Origin: Oscillospiraceae bacterium
Lineage (GTDB): Bacteria > Bacillota > Clostridia > Oscillospirales > Oscillospiraceae
Length of the DNA stretch: 64,000 nt
Direction of reading: 5' to 3'
Assembly: GCA_017631545.1 (NCBI GenBank)
Contig: JAGBTC010000317.1
Coordinates: 1,588 to 65,587, forward strand
Part shown: positions 63,410 to 64,000 of the stretch, in pieces
Layout of the letters: each line of letters begins with the position of its first letter
How positions within the stretch are numbered: the stretch's first letter is position 1
Program-made: the position numbers and the translations under genes
The notes under the pieces: generated by a model
Database searches by the model: none
Seen by the model: only the letters and a program-made list of their open reading frames with translations
What the model was told of the DNA's origin: nothing

Positions 63410-63856
63410 CTAGAAGGGAAGTTCCCCAGATTCGTCGTCTTCCACTTCCGCAAACTGCGGCCCGTCCGCCGTCGGTTCCCCGGACGCCTTTGCGGTCTGC
63501 GCCAGCGTTGCCGCCGCCTCGCCCATGTCCGGTACTACGCTGGGACTGATGCAGAAGCCGAGGTTCAGATCCCAGTAGGTTTTCCCATCGTATTCCCGGC
63601 TCTCCATGCGCCCTACGGCCAGGATCGGGTCTCCCCGCTGAAGGTCCTTGGCGTAGCCCACCACGCCCTTGAGGAAGGATTTGCAGTCGATGTATTTCTT
63701 CTCGCCGTTCTTGTCGGAACCGGCGCAGATGCCGAACTTGACGAAGTAGCTTCCGCTTTTGGTGGAAACGATCTGAGCGTCCCGGCTGACTTCTCCCCAA
63801 ACGAGCCGATCCGTCTCACTCAGTTTTACGACGCCGCCCAAAGGAATGTATGCCAT
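63410..63856 (-). CDS. ssb: Single-stranded DNA-binding protein
   Basis: OB-fold pattern, acidic tail ending ELPF; GGAGG SD before ATG 63856. Confidence 0.85.
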   Translation of the reverse strand: MAYIPLGGVVKLSETDRLVWGEVSRDAQIVSTKSGSYFVKFGICAGSDKNGEKKYIDCKSFLKGVVGYAKDLQRGDPILAVGRMESREYDGKTYWDLNLGFCISPSVVPDMGEAAATLAQTAKASGEPTADGPQFAEVEDDESGELPF

Positions 63857-64000
63857 TTTTGTTTTCCTCCCGTTACCAACTGTCAGGGTATCTGGTGAAG
63901 TAATGCCCGCCGACGTGCAGGAATATTTCACCGTACAGCGGCGTGGTGGCGAATAATACAACGTCAGGTTCAAGAATAGGCGTCTCGGTGATCGCCAGAC

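Larger units (their letters stand above)
1..64000. mobile_element. Tailed bacteriophage/prophage genome segment (siphovirus-like, Bacillota host likely)
   Basis: Terminase-portal-protease-capsid-tail-tape measure-fibre-lysis gene order, phage replication module, dense small early ORFs, no host housekeeping genes. Confidence 0.96.

Noticed and set aside
1-64000. Canonical tRNA/rRNA genes
   Set aside because: No cloverleaf with a GTTCRA T-loop or rRNA-like sequence recognised by eye; tRNAscan-SE would be needed to exclude them

Overview
This 64-kb window is a large part of a tailed (siphovirus-type) phage or prophage, probably from a Clostridia-like (Bacillota) host, judged from the SLH-domain endolysin and Gram-positive-style SD sequences. 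It has two convergent halves meeting at a bidirectional terminator near 21.05 kb. (1) 1-21 kb, + strand: about 55 short, mostly uncharacterised early/accessory genes (orphan PemK/MazF, ASCH, DarA_C-like, a XerC/D-like tyrosine recombinase). These are punctuated by 11 copies of an invariant element, CGGTTATA-N13-GCATGGGGTA, that usually folds into a top-strand hairpin. (2) 21-64 kb, - strand: replication genes (SSB, replisome organiser, DnaC-like, ArpU/RinA-like activator, dUTPase), a C5 DNA methyltransferase locus, radical SAM, then terminase, portal, protease, decoration protein, major capsid, neck/tail, tape measure, baseplate, fibres and lysis genes. Most notable: the 11-copy early element; a circularly permuted methyltransferase split over two ORFs with a third nested out-of-frame ORF; an Ig-like domain in frame upstream of the tail tube gene behind an ACG codon; an in-frame TGA in the decoration gene; a 15-bp late motif (x3), one copy beside a terminator-like hairpin; and six REP-like palindromes. 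All product calls come from motif recognition and gene order; no database search was run.
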